NCBI GenBank assembly: GCA_963749075.1
Contig: CAVVLJ010000016.1
Span: forward strand, 96,001 to 160,000
Source: an uncultured Pseudomonadota bacterium
GTDB taxonomy: Bacteria > Pseudomonadota > Alphaproteobacteria > JACZXZ01
DNA length: 64,000 nt
Direction: 5' to 3'
Under the pieces are notes generated by a model. That model searched no databases and was not told where the DNA came from. It saw only the letters and a list, made by a program, of their open reading frames with translations. This document shows positions 62,458-64,000 of the stretch, piece after piece (position 1 is the stretch's first letter; each line of letters opens with the position of its first letter). Made by a program: the position numbers and the translations under genes.

Positions 62458-64000
62458 ATGCAGCTCGACCAGTCGCAAAGCAAGCAGTTCGGCCGGCGCG
62501 CCGCCTTCATCGTGGGCGGCAAGCTGGCGCTGCTCTCCGCCCTCGTCGGGCGCATGTACTATCTCCAGGTCCTGCAGGCCGAGAAGTACCAGACGCTCGC
62601 CGAGGACAACCGCATCAACCTGCGCCTGCTGGCGCCGCCGCGCGGGCGCATCCTCGACCGCTTCGGCCTGCCCGTGGCGATCAACCGCCAGAACTACCGC
62701 GTGGTGATCGTGCCGGAGGACGCCGGCGACGTGGAGGCCACCCTCGAGCGCCTGGGCCAGGTCGTGCCCATCGCCGAGGCGGAGCGCCGCCGGGTGCTGC
62801 GCGACGCCGAGCGCAAGCGCGTCTTCGTCCCCATCACGGTGCGCGAGAACCTGAGCTGGGAGGAGTTCTCGCGCATCGAGGTCAACATGCCCGATCTCGC
62901 GGGCGTGCGCACCGAGGTGGGGCGCATCCGCGACTATCCCTACGGCGCCACCCTGGCGCATATCGTGGGCTATGTGGCGATCGCCTCCGACAAGGAGCTC
63001 GACGGCGATCCGCTGCTCGAGCTGCCGGACTTCCGCATCGGCAAGGCGGGCGTGGAGAAGGTCTATGACCTGGCGCTGCGCGGCTCGGCCGGCACCAGCC
63101 AGGTCGAGGTGAACGCGCGCGGCCGGGTCATCCGCGAGCTGGCGCGCGACGAGGGCGAGACCGGCAAGGACGTGACGCTCGGCGTCGACTACGAGATGCA
63201 GCGCTTCCTTGCCGAGCGCATCGCCGACGAGCGCAGCGCCGCGGCGGTGCTGATGGATCCCCACACGGGCGAGGTGCTCGCCATGGCCTCGACCCCGTCC
63301 TTCGAGCCCAACGAGTTCAACGAGGGCCTCTCCGCCGCGCGCTGGCAGGCGCTCACCTCCGATCCGCTCTCGCCGCTCACCGCCAAGGCCATCGGCGGGC
63401 AGTTTCCGCCCGGCTCGACCTTCAAGGTCGCGGTGGCGCTGGCCGCCCTCGAATCGGGCGCCGCCACCCCCGCCACCAGGGTGTTCTGCCCGGGCTACCT
63501 CGAGCTCGGCGATACGCGCTTCCACTGCTGGAAGCCGCAAGGGCACGGCACGCTCGACATGCACGGCGGCATCAAGAATTCCTGCGACGTCTACTTCTAC
63601 GAGACAGCACGTCGCACCGGCATCGACCGCATCGCCGAGATGGCGCGCCGGCTCGGCATGGGCGAGCTCACCGGCATCGACCTCACCGGCGAGCGGCCCG
63701 GCCTCATCCCGACGCGCGCCTGGAAGAAGGCCACCCTCGGCCAGTCCTGGACCCAGGGCGAGACCCTCGTCGCCGGCATCGGCCAGGGCTTCGTGCTCAC
63801 GACGCCGCTGCAGCTCGCCCTCATGCTCTCGCGCGTGGTCAACGGCGGCAAGGCGGTGGTGCCGCGCGTGGTGCGCAAGCCGCCCGACGGCGGGCTCATC
63901 CAGGTGCCGCCGGTGGACGATAATCCCGCCGCCCTCGGCATCTCGCGCGCCTCCCTCCAGGTGTTGCTGAGCGGCATGAACGCCGTCGTCAACGAAGAGG
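62458..64000 (+). CDS. mrdA: Penicillin-binding protein 2 (3' end beyond window)
   Basis: Manual translation: LAEDNRI, PPRGRILDR, IGKAGVE, PPGSTFK (SxxK), SCDVYFY. Confidence 0.96.
   Translation, partial: MQLDQSQSKQFGRRAAFIVGGKLALLSALVGRMYYLQVLQAEKYQTLAEDNRINLRLLAPPRGRILDRFGLPVAINRQNYRVVIVPEDAGDVEATLERLGQVVPIAEAERRRVLRDAERKRVFVPITVRENLSWEEFSRIEVNMPDLAGVRTEVGRIRDYPYGATLAHIVGYVAIASDKELDGDPLLELPDFRIGKAGVEKVYDLALRGSAGTSQVEVNARGRVIRELARDEGETGKDVTLGVDYEMQRFLAERIADERSAAAVLMDPHTGEVLAMASTPSFEPNEFNEGLSAARWQALTSDPLSPLTAKAIGGQFPPGSTFKVAVALAALESGAATPATRVFCPGYLELGDTRFHCWKPQGHGTLDMHGGIKNSCDVYFYETARRTGIDRIAEMARRLGMGELTGIDLTGERPGLIPTRAWKKATLGQSWTQGETLVAGIGQGFVLTTPLQLALMLSRVVNGGKAVVPRVVRKPPDGGLIQVPPVDDNPAALGISRASLQVLLSGMNAVVNEE

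Overview
GC-rich alphaproteobacterial chromosome segment (Rhodospirillales-like, inferred from gene content, synteny and the permuted tmRNA). It is mostly core genome: the dcw cell-division cluster on the minus strand (mraZ to ftsZ, ftsZ cut by the window edge), rnpB, an amidase, a TRAP transporter, AsmA, fumC and a class I fumarase, sspB-ssrA-thyX, mrp, hflKC-DUF2065-degP, serB, miaA, ilvIHC, yajQ, a CinA-family gene, leuA and mreBCD-mrdA (mrdA cut by the window edge). Three accessory stretches stand out. (1) A three-gene insert between ilvC and yajQ (54.4-56.8 kb) encodes a papain-fold cysteine peptidase, a polyproline helical protein and a HopA1-like protein; two of its genes are preceded by the same ECF-type promoter motif. 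This is the best candidate for an undescribed system. (2) A ~6.2 kb patch of unrelated genes (30.9-37.1 kb) is punctuated by degenerate short motifs. (3) Two very small basic ORFs between thyX and mrp are missing from the ORF track. Also present are a two-uORF leucine leader before leuA, MraZ-box repeats, and four +1 frameshifts (two in essential murD) that probably reflect sequencing error. All family assignments come from motif recognition by eye; no searches were run.
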